A DNA stretch of 64,000 nt from an uncultured delta proteobacterium (GTDB taxonomy: Bacteria > Desulfobacterota > Binatia > Binatales > Binataceae): positions 102,344 through 166,343 of the forward strand of contig CAWJFQ010000005.1 in the NCBI GenBank assembly GCA_963842215.1, read 5' to 3'. This document shows, one piece after another, positions 1-11,795 of this stretch (its first letter is position 1; the number at the start of each line of letters is the position of its first letter). The notes under the pieces were generated by a model that saw only the letters and a list, made by a program, of their open reading frames with translations, made no database searches and was not told the origin of the DNA. Position numbers and translations under genes: made by a program.

Positions 1-2683
<2,683 letters not shown>

Positions 2684-2831
2684 TTTGCGCTGGCCGGAGT
2701 GGTGTGGCTGCGGCTACGTTCGCAAAATAGTGAGCGCAAGTTCCAAGCGAATTGCAAGTATGGTGCCGAGTCGCAGGTTGGTTTACCCAGAAAAAAGGAC
2801 TTGATACCGTGGATGTTCGGAGAGTCTCAAC

Positions 2832-3431
2832 TTGAGTCCAAGGCAAATCGCCAAGACATTGGCCGGTTTCGGCGCGCTCGCGCTGATTGTCCTGCTGATT
2901 GCCACGATTTGGATTGTGCGCCATCGCTCTGCCGCTCAGGTGCTGCAGACGGCGGCTGGTCTGGTCCCCGGAACTCTCCTGCGCGCGCACAATTTTCACT
3001 GGACCCAGATGAAAGCTGGCGAGCGGCAATGGGTGCTGACCGCGGGCGAGGCGGACTACTCGGCCGATAAGACCATGCTCAAACTGACCGACGCGGTGGT
3101 CACGATGGTCTCGTCGGACGGCAAGCCGGTAGTCGTCAACTCGCCGCATGCTGACTTGACCATGAACGGCAATCATGTGACACGCGCGTACTTGACCGGC
3201 GGTACCGTAATTCACTTTGGCGATTACGTTCTAAGCACGGACTCGGCCACCTTCCTGCCCGATGACGACAAGGTCGACGCGCCCGGACTGGTGACCGTCA
3301 TCGGCGATGGATTGAAGGTGACGGGGGTGGGATTGAGCGGACATCCGAAGACCCGCGTCTTCCAGCTTCATACGCAAGTTCAGACTGAAGTCATGCCGAA
3401 GAAAGATAGTGAAAAACCGAAGCAAAGTTAG
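2832..3431 (+). CDS. lptC: LptC-like LPS export protein (single-pass inner-membrane protein)
   Basis: TTG start behind GGAGAG (2817-2822). One N-terminal TM helix (FGALALIVLLIATIWIV) followed by a ~170-aa beta-rich domain. It lies directly upstream of, and overlaps, the OstA/LptA-like gene. The call rests mainly on context. Confidence 0.55.
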   Translation: MSPRQIAKTLAGFGALALIVLLIATIWIVRHRSAAQVLQTAAGLVPGTLLRAHNFHWTQMKAGERQWVLTAGEADYSADKTMLKLTDAVVTMVSSDGKPVVVNSPHADLTMNGNHVTRAYLTGGTVIHFGDYVLSTDSATFLPDDDKVDAPGLVTVIGDGLKVTGVGLSGHPKTRVFQLHTQVQTEVMPKKDSEKPKQS

Positions 3432-4896
3432 CCGGCTATCGCGGATCGCCGCGGCTGCGATAGTCGCAGTCGCGCTCGCGTCACCGGCATGGGCTCAGGA
3501 GGGCGTCAACGCGCCGATGGGATCGCCGGATGCAGCGCCCGCGACCGGCACCGGTACGGGCACCGGGACAGTCGGCGACTCGATTCGAAATGAACCCGGC
3601 AACACTGCACCGCCGCCGGCGTCTGCTCCGCAACCGGCTAACGCCGAGGACAACAGCGGTGACTCGATCAGTGTGACCGGAGGAGTGCCAGGTACGCCGC
3701 CGTCGGCGCCTGCGGCTGATGCTGGGACGCAGGCCGAACCTGCAGTCGCGACGGCGCCTGCCCCGGCGGAAGCGCCGGCTTCCGAGCCGCCGCCAGTCGC
3801 AGCCGCACCAGCACCGGCAGAGGCGCCACCAGCACCGGCAGTAGCTGTCGCTCCTGCGCCGGCGGCAGCGCCATCTTCGGTTCCCGACGTGCCAATAACT
3901 GCAGCAGACGTCGCTCCCGCGTCGGCGCCGTCAACGGCTATCGCGCCCATCGAACCTTTGCCTCCGGAGGCGGCCGCGCCAGCCGTGGCAGTCGCTCCCG
4001 CTCCTGCAGCGGCGCCTGCCATGGCAGTGGTACCGGCAGAAGCACCGCCAGCAGTGGCCGCAGTGGCGGTCGCGCCTGCTCCGTCGCCAGCCTCGGCACC
4101 CTACGTACCGATTACTGCAGCAGACTCGGCTCCTGCAGCGGCGCCTTCGATTGTCACGACGACAACTAGTGCTCCTGTGGCGTCCGCCCCCGAATCAACC
4201 CCGGTGACTACAGCCGCGACCGCACCGCCGGCGGGCGCGATCGCGCCGCCGATGATGCTCGCGCCGGTGCCGGCTGACGTGCCCGCATCCGAGCCGCCGA
4301 ATACTCCGCCGAGTGCTCCCGCATCCACCACCCTTCCGACGAACGCGACCGCGCCCGTGGCTGGCGCGCCGCACAAGGCGCATAAGACTGCCGCCGATAG
4401 CGGCACCAACGTCGCGTCAAACGAGCCGCAACAAGGCGGCGCGTTTGCGGGGATGGCGTTCGGCAATAGCAAAGCGCCCATCTACATCAAGTCCGAGTCG
4501 ATGTCGCTCGACTACCAGAATCATTCGGTGCTGTGGACCGGAAACGTGCATGCTAATCAGGCGGACGCGCAACTGACCAGCGATCAACTGCGCGTCAATT
4601 ATTTCGACAAAGATTTCAAACAGATGAAGGACATGGTTGCGGACGGCAACGTTCGGCTCAGCCAGGGCACTCGTTGGGCGACAGGCAAGCACGGCGTCAT
4701 GGACCAGACCAAGCGCACCGTAGTCCTGACCGGCAGTCCGGTCGCGCACGATGGCAACGACCAGATTACCGGCTGCAAGATTACTGTGTATCTGAACACC
4801 AGCCAGAGCGTTGTCGATTGCGCACATGCGGTCCTGTTTCCTCATTCAGACGAATCCCCAGGCGCGAGCGCAACGCCGGAAGCTGCGACGGACTAG
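3409..4896 (+). CDS. lptA: LptA/OstA-domain periplasmic protein with a long Ala/Pro-rich low-complexity spacer
   Basis: Signal peptide ...AVALASPAWA/QE. The C-terminal ~150 aa (APIYIKSESMSLDYQNHSVLWTGNVHANQADAQLTSDQLRVNY...VLTGSPVAHDGNDQITGCKITVYL) fit the OstA/LptA beta-jellyroll. Residues ~35-345 are A/P/V/T low complexity. Confidence 0.7.
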   Translation: MKNRSKVSRLSRIAAAAIVAVALASPAWAQEGVNAPMGSPDAAPATGTGTGTGTVGDSIRNEPGNTAPPPASAPQPANAEDNSGDSISVTGGVPGTPPSAPAADAGTQAEPAVATAPAPAEAPASEPPPVAAAPAPAEAPPAPAVAVAPAPAAAPSSVPDVPITAADVAPASAPSTAIAPIEPLPPEAAAPAVAVAPAPAAAPAMAVVPAEAPPAVAAVAVAPAPSPASAPYVPITAADSAPAAAPSIVTTTTSAPVASAPESTPVTTAATAPPAGAIAPPMMLAPVPADVPASEPPNTPPSAPASTTLPTNATAPVAGAPHKAHKTAADSGTNVASNEPQQGGAFAGMAFGNSKAPIYIKSESMSLDYQNHSVLWTGNVHANQADAQLTSDQLRVNYFDKDFKQMKDMVADGNVRLSQGTRWATGKHGVMDQTKRTVVLTGSPVAHDGNDQITGCKITVYLNTSQSVVDCAHAVLFPHSDESPGASATPEAATD

Positions 4897-4910
4897 CAAC
4901 AAATACTTCT

Positions 4911-6482
4911 ATGCCCCCGGACTCACCAAGACTCGGACTCGGACAGGATCTGCGGCTTCGCCAGCAACTGGTGATGACTCCGCAGCTGCAGCAGGCGATC
5001 AAAATCCTGCAGCTTTCGCTGCCTGAGCTGGAAGCGATCGTGCAGTCGGAACTCGAGCAGAACCCGATGCTCGAGCCGCTCGATCAAAGTCCTGCCGAAG
5101 CGGCGTCCGAATCCGAGATGTCAGATCCGGAAGCCGCCGCCCAAGCCGACGGCGAACCGCTGCCGGCCGAAAGTGACGGCGTTGGCGCGAACTCCGATGA
5201 CGACTGGGAAACCGGCTCACGCGAGGAAAAGCCCCTGGCCAACGTCGAGGTCGAAGCACGCGACGCGGCGGTCGAGATTAAGGAGCTGAACAATCTCGAA
5301 AAGCTCGACTGGCGCGAGTATCTCGAGACCTACTCGAACAACTGGCAGGAAAGCACGCCCTCTGATTCTGACGACGATCATCGCAGCGCGCTCGAGAACA
5401 CGCCGCTGCGCAGAAGTTCGCTCGAAGACCACATGATGTGGCAGCTCAGGCTTTCCAACCTGAGCGAAACCGACCAGCAAATCGGCGCCACCATCATTTA
5501 CAATCTTAACGAAGACGGATATCTCGAAACTCCTGTCGGCGAGTTGGCGGCGCAGCTCGAGGTTAATCCCGCAGAGGTCGAGCGCGTGCTCGTACGCATT
5601 CAGCGCTTCGATCCACCGGGAGTGGCCGCGCGCGATCTTCGCGAATGCCTGCTCGCACAGCTGCACAACCTCGGGATGGAAGAGTCGCTGGCGGCGCGAA
5701 TCGTCAATGGCCATCTGGATTTGCTCGAGAAGCATCGCTACGCCGAAATCGGCAAGGTCTTGAGCGTGCCGGTCGAAACCGTCGGCCAGGCAGCAAAAAT
5801 AATTTCACTGCTCGAACCCAAACCGGGACGCGACTACGGCGGCGACGAGCCGACCTATGTGGTGCCCGACGTTTATATCCACAAGGTGGGCGAGGATTAC
5901 GTAGTCACGCTCAATCGCGACGCGGTGCCGCGCCTGCGCTTGGCGGGCTATTACCAGCGCGTGCTGAACGACGTGGACGTCGCGCCCGAGACGCGCGAAT
6001 ACTTGCAGGAACGGCTGCGCTCGGCGCGCTGGCTGGTCAAATCGATCTACCAGCGCCAGCAGACGATTTTCAAAGTCGCAACCTCGATTGTTAAATTCCA
6101 GCGCGCGTTCTTCGATCACGGCATCAGCCTGCTGAAACCGCTGGTGCTCAAGGACGTGGCCGAAGACATCGGGATGCACGAATCCACCATCAGCCGAGCG
6201 ACCGCCAACAAGTATGCTCACACGCCGCAGGGAATCTACGAGTTGAAGTTTTTCTTCACCTCAGGGGTCAAGGGCGCCGGAGGCGAAGACGTCAGCGCCG
6301 AGACCGTCAAGGAACAGATCCGCGGAATGGTGACGGCCGAGACGCCGCAAAACCCGCTCTCGGACCAGGCGATCGCCGAGATGCTGCGGGCCAAGCAAAT
6401 CAATATCGCGCGTCGCACGGTCGCCAAGTATCGGCAGGCGATGGGTATTCCACCGTCGGCAAATCGCAAACAGATCGGATGA
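4911..6482 (+). CDS. rpoN: RNA polymerase sigma-54 factor
   Basis: ORF 4674..6482, first ATG at 4911. Region I LRQQLVMTPQLQQAIKILQLSLPELE, an acidic region II, and the C-terminal RpoN box ARRTVAKYR. Confidence 0.95.
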   Translation: MPPDSPRLGLGQDLRLRQQLVMTPQLQQAIKILQLSLPELEAIVQSELEQNPMLEPLDQSPAEAASESEMSDPEAAAQADGEPLPAESDGVGANSDDDWETGSREEKPLANVEVEARDAAVEIKELNNLEKLDWREYLETYSNNWQESTPSDSDDDHRSALENTPLRRSSLEDHMMWQLRLSNLSETDQQIGATIIYNLNEDGYLETPVGELAAQLEVNPAEVERVLVRIQRFDPPGVAARDLRECLLAQLHNLGMEESLAARIVNGHLDLLEKHRYAEIGKVLSVPVETVGQAAKIISLLEPKPGRDYGGDEPTYVVPDVYIHKVGEDYVVTLNRDAVPRLRLAGYYQRVLNDVDVAPETREYLQERLRSARWLVKSIYQRQQTIFKVATSIVKFQRAFFDHGISLLKPLVLKDVAEDIGMHESTISRATANKYAHTPQGIYELKFFFTSGVKGAGGEDVSAETVKEQIRGMVTAETPQNPLSDQAIAEMLRAKQINIARRTVAKYRQAMGIPPSANRKQIG

Positions 6483-6507
6483 CGGCGCATGCCGGCCACG
6501 AGACAAC

Positions 6508-6933
6508 ATGAGTAAAATCAACAAGCCAGGCAAACGCGGCCGTGCATCCACTCGAAAAGTTCGGCGCGCGGCGCGAATCGCGAACGCCCCGGCGACCGAA
6601 GTAACGGTGACGTTTCGACATGTCGAGCCGACCGATGCGATCCGACTGTACGCCGAACGCAAATTCGCGCACGTCGGCAAATTGCTCAAACGGACTTGCC
6701 GGGCTCACCTGATTCTCACGGTTGACAAATATCGGCAGCACGGCGAAGTTACTGTCCAATCGGGGCGCTTGTCGGTCAGCGCGCAGGAAGAAACCAAGGA
6801 TCTCTACTCGGTGATCGACCTGCTCACCGACAAAGTCGGACGCCAACTGAAGAAGCATCTGGAAAAATTCAAGGCGAAAAAAGTCAGATCGCTCTCGACC
6901 GGTGAGGTCTTGAGCGCTAGCGAGGAGATCTGA
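6508..6933 (+). CDS. hpf: Ribosome hibernation promoting factor / sigma-54 modulation protein
   Basis: Core VTFRHVEPTDAIRLYAERKFAHVGKLL...HGEVTVQSGRLSVSAQEETKDLYSVIDLLTDKVGRQLKKH is typical HPF/RaiA, and the gene follows rpoN. The first 33 codons are a basic extension; an alternative start at GTG 6607 would remove it. Confidence 0.85.
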   Translation: MSKINKPGKRGRASTRKVRRAARIANAPATEVTVTFRHVEPTDAIRLYAERKFAHVGKLLKRTCRAHLILTVDKYRQHGEVTVQSGRLSVSAQEETKDLYSVIDLLTDKVGRQLKKHLEKFKAKKVRSLSTGEVLSASEEI

Positions 6934-6999
6934 TTCGCGGCTGTTCGACAGTCCCGCTTTCGCCATTTCAATTTTGATTTTCACTGGACCTGAGACGAA

Positions 7000-7461
7000 A
7001 TGAAAATTACCGATATTCTCAGCCCTGACATGGTCATTGCCGATCTAAGGGGCACTACCAAGCCCGATGTGTTGAATGAATTGGCGAAGGCGCTGGCCGC
7101 CAAGTACAAGGAGATCAAGCTCGGAGATCTGATCGCCGTGCTCGCGGAGCGCGAGCGCCTGGGCTCAACTGCGATCGGCGATGGTATCGCAATCCCCCAC
7201 GGCAAGCTGCGCGGCGTGGGGAAGATAATCGGTGCATTCGGCCGCCATGCGGAGGGCGTCGATTTCGATTCCCTGGACGGTGGTCCGTCGCAGCTGTTCT
7301 TCGTGCTGGTCGCGCCGGAAGATTCCGCCAGCCTGCATCTGAAGGCACTCGCGCGCGTCTCGCGCCTGCTCAAGGAAGGATCCTTTCGAAGCCATCTGCT
7401 CGCCGCCAAAGATGGCGCTGAGCTCTATTCCCTAATCAAGGAAGAGGACAGCAAGTACTGA
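7000..7461 (+). CDS. ptsN: PTS-Ntr EIIA nitrogen regulatory protein
   Basis: EIIA(Fru/Ntr) fold with the phosphorylatable His in STAIGDGIAIPHGKL. Canonical position after rpoN-hpf. Confidence 0.85.
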   Translation: MKITDILSPDMVIADLRGTTKPDVLNELAKALAAKYKEIKLGDLIAVLAERERLGSTAIGDGIAIPHGKLRGVGKIIGAFGRHAEGVDFDSLDGGPSQLFFVLVAPEDSASLHLKALARVSRLLKEGSFRSHLLAAKDGAELYSLIKEEDSKY

Positions 7462-7483
7462 GTCGGCGCGAAGCCAGAGCCCA

Positions 7484-8359
7484 ATGAGCTCGCCTCAGCC
7501 ACCTCGCCTGATAATAGTAACCGGCGTCTCGGGATCGGGGCGCGCATCGGCAATGCGCGTGCTCGAGGATCTCGGCTTTTATTGCGTCGACAATCTGCCC
7601 GTTGCGCTCGCGCCCAACGTCGCGATGCTGGTCGCGGGACGCGATCCCGCTCTCCAGGGCGTCGCGCTCGGGGTAGACCCGCGCGAACGCCTGTTCTTCC
7701 CGCAGTGGCCGCGGATATTCGCCGAGCTCGATGCCGCCGGAATTCATCCCGAAGTGATTTTTCTCGACGCATCCGACGACGTGCTCGCGCGTCGCTATTC
7801 TGAAAGCCGCCGACCGCACCCGATGGCTGGCAGCGGGGCAACTGTCGCCGAGAGCATCCGCGCCGAGCGTCTCGCGCTGGCCGAGATGCGCGAGCGGGCC
7901 AATCGAGTGATCGACACGACCACTCTTACGGTCCACGAGCTGCGCGAGGTCGTCACCGCGGCCGTCCTCGGCTCGAACAGCGGGTCCCGGATGTCGGTGT
8001 CGATAGTTTCTTTTGGCTACAAGTACGGTCTGCCGGTCGGAATGGACGTGGTGCTCGACGCACGGTTTATTCCCAATCCGTTTTTTGTGCCGGAACTGCG
8101 GCCACTCACCGGGCACGACCAGCGCGTGCGGGACTACGTGATGGCCCAGCCTGAGTCGCAGCGCTTTATCGACGAGGTCGGCCGCCTGTTGGATTTTCTG
8201 ATTCCGCTGTACCAGCGCGAAGGCAAAAGTTACCTGACCGTAGGCCTCGGATGCACCGGCGGACGGCATCGCTCGCCGGTGCTCGCGCGCGAGCTGATGA
8301 AGCGCCTCGAGTGCGGCGGTTTCGCCAGCACAGTCCGCGACCACGACATCGCCCGCTAG
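7484..8359 (+). CDS. rapZ: RNase adapter protein RapZ (YhbJ)
   Basis: P-loop VTGVSGSGRASAMRVLEDLGFYCVDNLP and C-terminal GCTGGRHRS motif. Follows ptsN. Confidence 0.93.
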   Translation: MSSPQPPRLIIVTGVSGSGRASAMRVLEDLGFYCVDNLPVALAPNVAMLVAGRDPALQGVALGVDPRERLFFPQWPRIFAELDAAGIHPEVIFLDASDDVLARRYSESRRPHPMAGSGATVAESIRAERLALAEMRERANRVIDTTTLTVHELREVVTAAVLGSNSGSRMSVSIVSFGYKYGLPVGMDVVLDARFIPNPFFVPELRPLTGHDQRVRDYVMAQPESQRFIDEVGRLLDFLIPLYQREGKSYLTVGLGCTGGRHRSPVLARELMKRLECGGFASTVRDHDIAR

Positions 8360-8374
8360 CTGGTGTCGTCACGC

Positions 8375-9157
8375 CTAGTTCATGATGCTGCCGCAATCCA
8401 CATTCATCGTCTGACCGGTGACTCCCGCCGACGAATCGAGCGCGAGGAATAGCGCGACGCGCGCGACTTCTTCCTCCGTCGCCATGCGATTCATTGCTGC
8501 CTGCGACAGGAACCCGGCCTTGATTTGCTCGTAGGGCTGCTTCAGCGCCTCGGCTCGTGCGCGCATCACGCGCTCGATTCGTTCGCCTTCGATCGCGCCG
8601 GGGCAAATGCAGTTGCATCGAATCCCGCGCTGGCCCCATTCGCCGGCAATCGTTTGTGTGAGGCCGATCATCCCCCACTTTGCGGCGGCATACGGCGAGC
8701 GCATCGGATAGCCGCGCCGTCCCGCGCCCGACGAAATGTTGATCACATTGCCGGAACGCTGCTTGTCCATCGCAGGCAGCACGGCGCGAGTCGCCAGCCA
8801 CGTGCCGGTCAGGTCGATGTCGATCGTCTCCTGCCATTCGGCGAGCGACATATCGGTGATGCGCTTGGTAGGTCCCGAAATGCCGGCGTTGTTGACGAGA
8901 ATGTCGATACGGCCGAAAGCTTTCATCGTCTCCGCGGCCATCTTGGCGCAGTCGGCTTCCTTCGAAACGTCGGTGCTCACTTGGATAGCGCGCGAGCCCA
9001 GTCGCTCGAGTTCGGCGCACGTCTGTTTCATCGGTTCTGCCGAGCGCGCCGCGAGCACAATTTTGGCGCCGGCTGCGCCATACTTCAGCGCTATCTGTTT
9101 ACCGATTCCGTAGCCGCCGCCGGTGATGATTGCGACTTTATCCGAGAGTTCGTTCAT
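8375..9157 (-). CDS. Short-chain dehydrogenase/reductase (SDR)
   Basis: TGGGYGIG cofactor motif, NNAG, and catalytic YAAAK. Confidence 0.85.
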   Translation of the reverse strand: MNELSDKVAIITGGGYGIGKQIALKYGAAGAKIVLAARSAEPMKQTCAELERLGSRAIQVSTDVSKEADCAKMAAETMKAFGRIDILVNNAGISGPTKRITDMSLAEWQETIDIDLTGTWLATRAVLPAMDKQRSGNVINISSGAGRRGYPMRSPYAAAKWGMIGLTQTIAGEWGQRGIRCNCICPGAIEGERIERVMRARAEALKQPYEQIKAGFLSQAAMNRMATEEEVARVALFLALDSSAGVTGQTMNVDCGSIMN

Positions 9158-9283
9158 GGAACTGGTCCCCTGGCGATTTTGTGAGTTGCTGACTGCGCCG
9201 ACTCTAGTAGCATCGCAACGCGCCTACAACGCGCGTGCAAAGCCTTGTCTCGATTGGTTGCCCACCAATATCATTGATGGCTC

Positions 9284-9988
9284 ATGGCCGCCGTCAACCC
9301 AATCGGGACCCACCAAAGCAAGCCGAGCGCAAACGGCTCGCGCCTGATGAACTTCTTCAAGCTCGCGATAGTTGCGATCATCGTTGGCGGGTCAGTCTGG
9401 CTTCTGCTCGAGCACTCCCAATGGTTCACCGACCCCCAATTGGTCAAAGCCCAGGTGATTCAGTGGGGAGCGTGGGGTCCCGTCGTCTACATGCTGCTGT
9501 ACGCGGTCGGGCCGTCGTTTCTGGTGCCCGGCGCCGTGATGACGATCGCAGGCGGCCTGGCCTTCGGCACCAAGTGGGGCTCGGTGTACTCACTCATCGG
9601 CGGAGACGTGGGCGCAGTCGTAGCGTTCGCGGCTGGAAGATTTCTCGGCAAGTCATTTGTCGAAGGGTTCGTTGGCGAGCGATTCAAATCGATGCTGCAC
9701 CGAATCGCGAAGAATGGATTCCAGATAATCCTCTACCTGCGCATGGTGCCGGTGATTCCTTACAACGCGCTCAACCTGCTCGCGGGTGCCTCTCCGATCA
9801 CCTTCCACGATTACTTCTGGGCCACGATGATCGGGATGATTCCCGGGACGATCCTCTTTGCATTTTTGGGCGACGCGCTCTGGCATCCGCTGTCGCCGAG
9901 GTTCTTTCTCGCGCTGTTACTGATAGGCGGATCGGTAGGATGTGGTGAAATTTATCGCCGCTGGTCGCGAGTCAAAATCGACGATTAG
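9284..9988 (+). CDS. TVP38/TMEM64 (DedA-related) family membrane protein
   Basis: Multi-TM protein with VYMLLYAVGPSFLVPGAVMTIAGGLAFG...GDVGAVVAFAAGRFLG, typical of the SNARE-associated/TVP38 family. An alternative start at ATG 9347 is possible. Confidence 0.75.
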   Translation: MAAVNPIGTHQSKPSANGSRLMNFFKLAIVAIIVGGSVWLLLEHSQWFTDPQLVKAQVIQWGAWGPVVYMLLYAVGPSFLVPGAVMTIAGGLAFGTKWGSVYSLIGGDVGAVVAFAAGRFLGKSFVEGFVGERFKSMLHRIAKNGFQIILYLRMVPVIPYNALNLLAGASPITFHDYFWATMIGMIPGTILFAFLGDALWHPLSPRFFLALLLIGGSVGCGEIYRRWSRVKIDD

Positions 9989-10022
9989 CCACAGCCGTCG
10001 AGTCTCGCTCTTTTCGCATCAA

Positions 10023-11789
10023 ATGGCGTCCAAGCATCCACATCACGTACATCTGGTAACGCTCGAAAATGCGAGCGCGGCGGAAATGTCCACCGTCGAG
10101 CGGCTTAAGCAGGCGAGCGAAGGCCTCTTCTACGTACACTCGACGCACGAAAGCCATCATACCGTGCGCTCGGAAATCGACGCTCTCAGTGCGCGCGAGG
10201 CCGAGACGATTAGCGAGCACGCCAAGGAGATCGCCAAGCATTTCGGCATCTACAAACAGCGCGAGCGCAACGAAAGCGGCAAGAAGGATGGAGATTTCAT
10301 TTTTATGGTGCGGGTAAAGAATCCCGCAGGCGGCGAGCTTACGGCGTCGCAGTGGCTCGCACTCGACGAGGCCGCGGATCGCTACGCCGACGGCAGCCTG
10401 CGACTGACCGCGCGTCAGGGCATCCAGTTTCACTATGTGCGCGGGCACAATCTGCAAGCCATGATTCGCGCCATCAATACGAGTTACAGTGACAACGGCT
10501 ACCAGCTAACGACACTCGGCGCGTGCGGCGACGTGAACCGCAATACGGTCGCGAGCCCAATCGACGATCTGGACGCTGAGATGCCGCTCGATTCGCGCGA
10601 ATTGGCGCATGCGGTGGCGCGCGAGATGGCGCCGCGAAGCTCGGCCTATTACCAGGTATTTCTCGCGCCCCGCAATGGACATCACGCGCCGTTGAATTCG
10701 GAAGAGCCAATCTATGGCGCGCAATACCTGCCGCGCAAATTCAAAGTTGGCTTTGCGCATCCGCACGATAACAGCATAGACCTGCTGACGCAGGATGTTG
10801 GCTTCCTCCCCCGCATCAGCGGCCGCAAGGTTACCGGCTACGATCTGTACAGCGGCGGCGGAATGGGCGCCACGCACAATCAGCCGGACACGATGCCGTT
10901 GCTTGCGCTCCATCTCGGCGTCGTACAACGCGGCGAGGTTGTTGCCACAGTACGCGCGATCGCGACCATTCAACGCGAGCAGGGCGAACGCCGAAACCGT
11001 CGCGCGGCGCGATGGAAATACACGATTCGCCGTCTCGGAGTGCCTGCGGTCAAAGAGACTCTTCGCCAGCGCTTTAGAATTGCGCTCGCCGATGCCGAAC
11101 CAGTTTCGCTACCCCCCGTTCGCGATCACTTGGGATGGAATCGCGAAGCCGGCCGTGGCGATCTTTCTTACATAGGAATTCTGATTCCCAGCGGACGGGT
11201 TCGCGACGAAGCGACGAGCAAATATCGGAGCGCTGTCAGGCGTATCGTCGCGGAAGTCGAGGGAGTCGGCGTACGCATCACGCCCAACCAGCACCTGATT
11301 TTGACGCACGTTCCCGCCGCGCGGCGCGAGTGGATCGAGCGGACGCTCGCCGAGAACGGCGTGCCTTTCGCCGGTAGAGTGTCGCCGATTCGAAAGCTCG
11401 CGATGGCTTGCCCGGCGAAGCCGACCTGCGGCCTCGCGATGACGCATGCCGAGCGCGCGCTGCCTCGTTATTTAGCGGAGTTGGAACGTAAAGGACTGGG
11501 TGAGGTTGACGTGATGATTCGGATGGCCGGATGCCCGAACAGTTGCTCGCGTTCGCCGACGGCCGAGATTGGGATCATAGGATACGGCAAGAACGACTAT
11601 GTTCTGATGGTGGGCGGCGCCCGCGACGGTAGCCGCCTCGCGCGAGTGCTGTATCCGCGGCTTAGCGAAACCGAACTGATCGATGCGCTGAAAAGTCTGG
11701 TGAGCGCGATCCGCGATCGCAATCCGCGTCGCCTGCAAGCCGGCGACTACCTCGATCAAACGCCCGACGAGGATCTCAAAGCTCGCTAG
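10023..11789 (+). CDS. Assimilatory sulfite/nitrite reductase hemoprotein (siroheme-[4Fe-4S] family)
   Basis: ORF 9942..11789, first ATG at 10023. Duplicated NIR/SIR half-domains. Cys cluster motifs ACPAKPTCGLAM and MAGCPNSCSRS. Confidence 0.85.
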   Translation: MASKHPHHVHLVTLENASAAEMSTVERLKQASEGLFYVHSTHESHHTVRSEIDALSAREAETISEHAKEIAKHFGIYKQRERNESGKKDGDFIFMVRVKNPAGGELTASQWLALDEAADRYADGSLRLTARQGIQFHYVRGHNLQAMIRAINTSYSDNGYQLTTLGACGDVNRNTVASPIDDLDAEMPLDSRELAHAVAREMAPRSSAYYQVFLAPRNGHHAPLNSEEPIYGAQYLPRKFKVGFAHPHDNSIDLLTQDVGFLPRISGRKVTGYDLYSGGGMGATHNQPDTMPLLALHLGVVQRGEVVATVRAIATIQREQGERRNRRAARWKYTIRRLGVPAVKETLRQRFRIALADAEPVSLPPVRDHLGWNREAGRGDLSYIGILIPSGRVRDEATSKYRSAVRRIVAEVEGVGVRITPNQHLILTHVPAARREWIERTLAENGVPFAGRVSPIRKLAMACPAKPTCGLAMTHAERALPRYLAELERKGLGEVDVMIRMAGCPNSCSRSPTAEIGIIGYGKNDYVLMVGGARDGSRLARVLYPRLSETELIDALKSLVSAIRDRNPRRLQAGDYLDQTPDEDLKAR

Positions 11790-11795
11790 TTGCTC

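Noticed and set aside
3495-4022. 175-aa Ala/Gly-rich antisense ORF, and others within the lptA low-complexity tract
   Set aside because: These are a by-product of the GC-rich Ala/Pro coding repeat on the plus strand.
7436-8344. 302-aa ORF antisense to rapZ, plus the off-frame 284-aa ORF 8166..9020
   Set aside because: They overlap the well-supported rapZ and SDR genes, and their sequences have no family features.
9205-9232. GACTCTAGTAGCATCGC resembling the GACTCTAGCGCATCGCC core of the 105-nt element
   Set aside because: Only about 15 nt match and the flanks are unrelated, so this could be chance.
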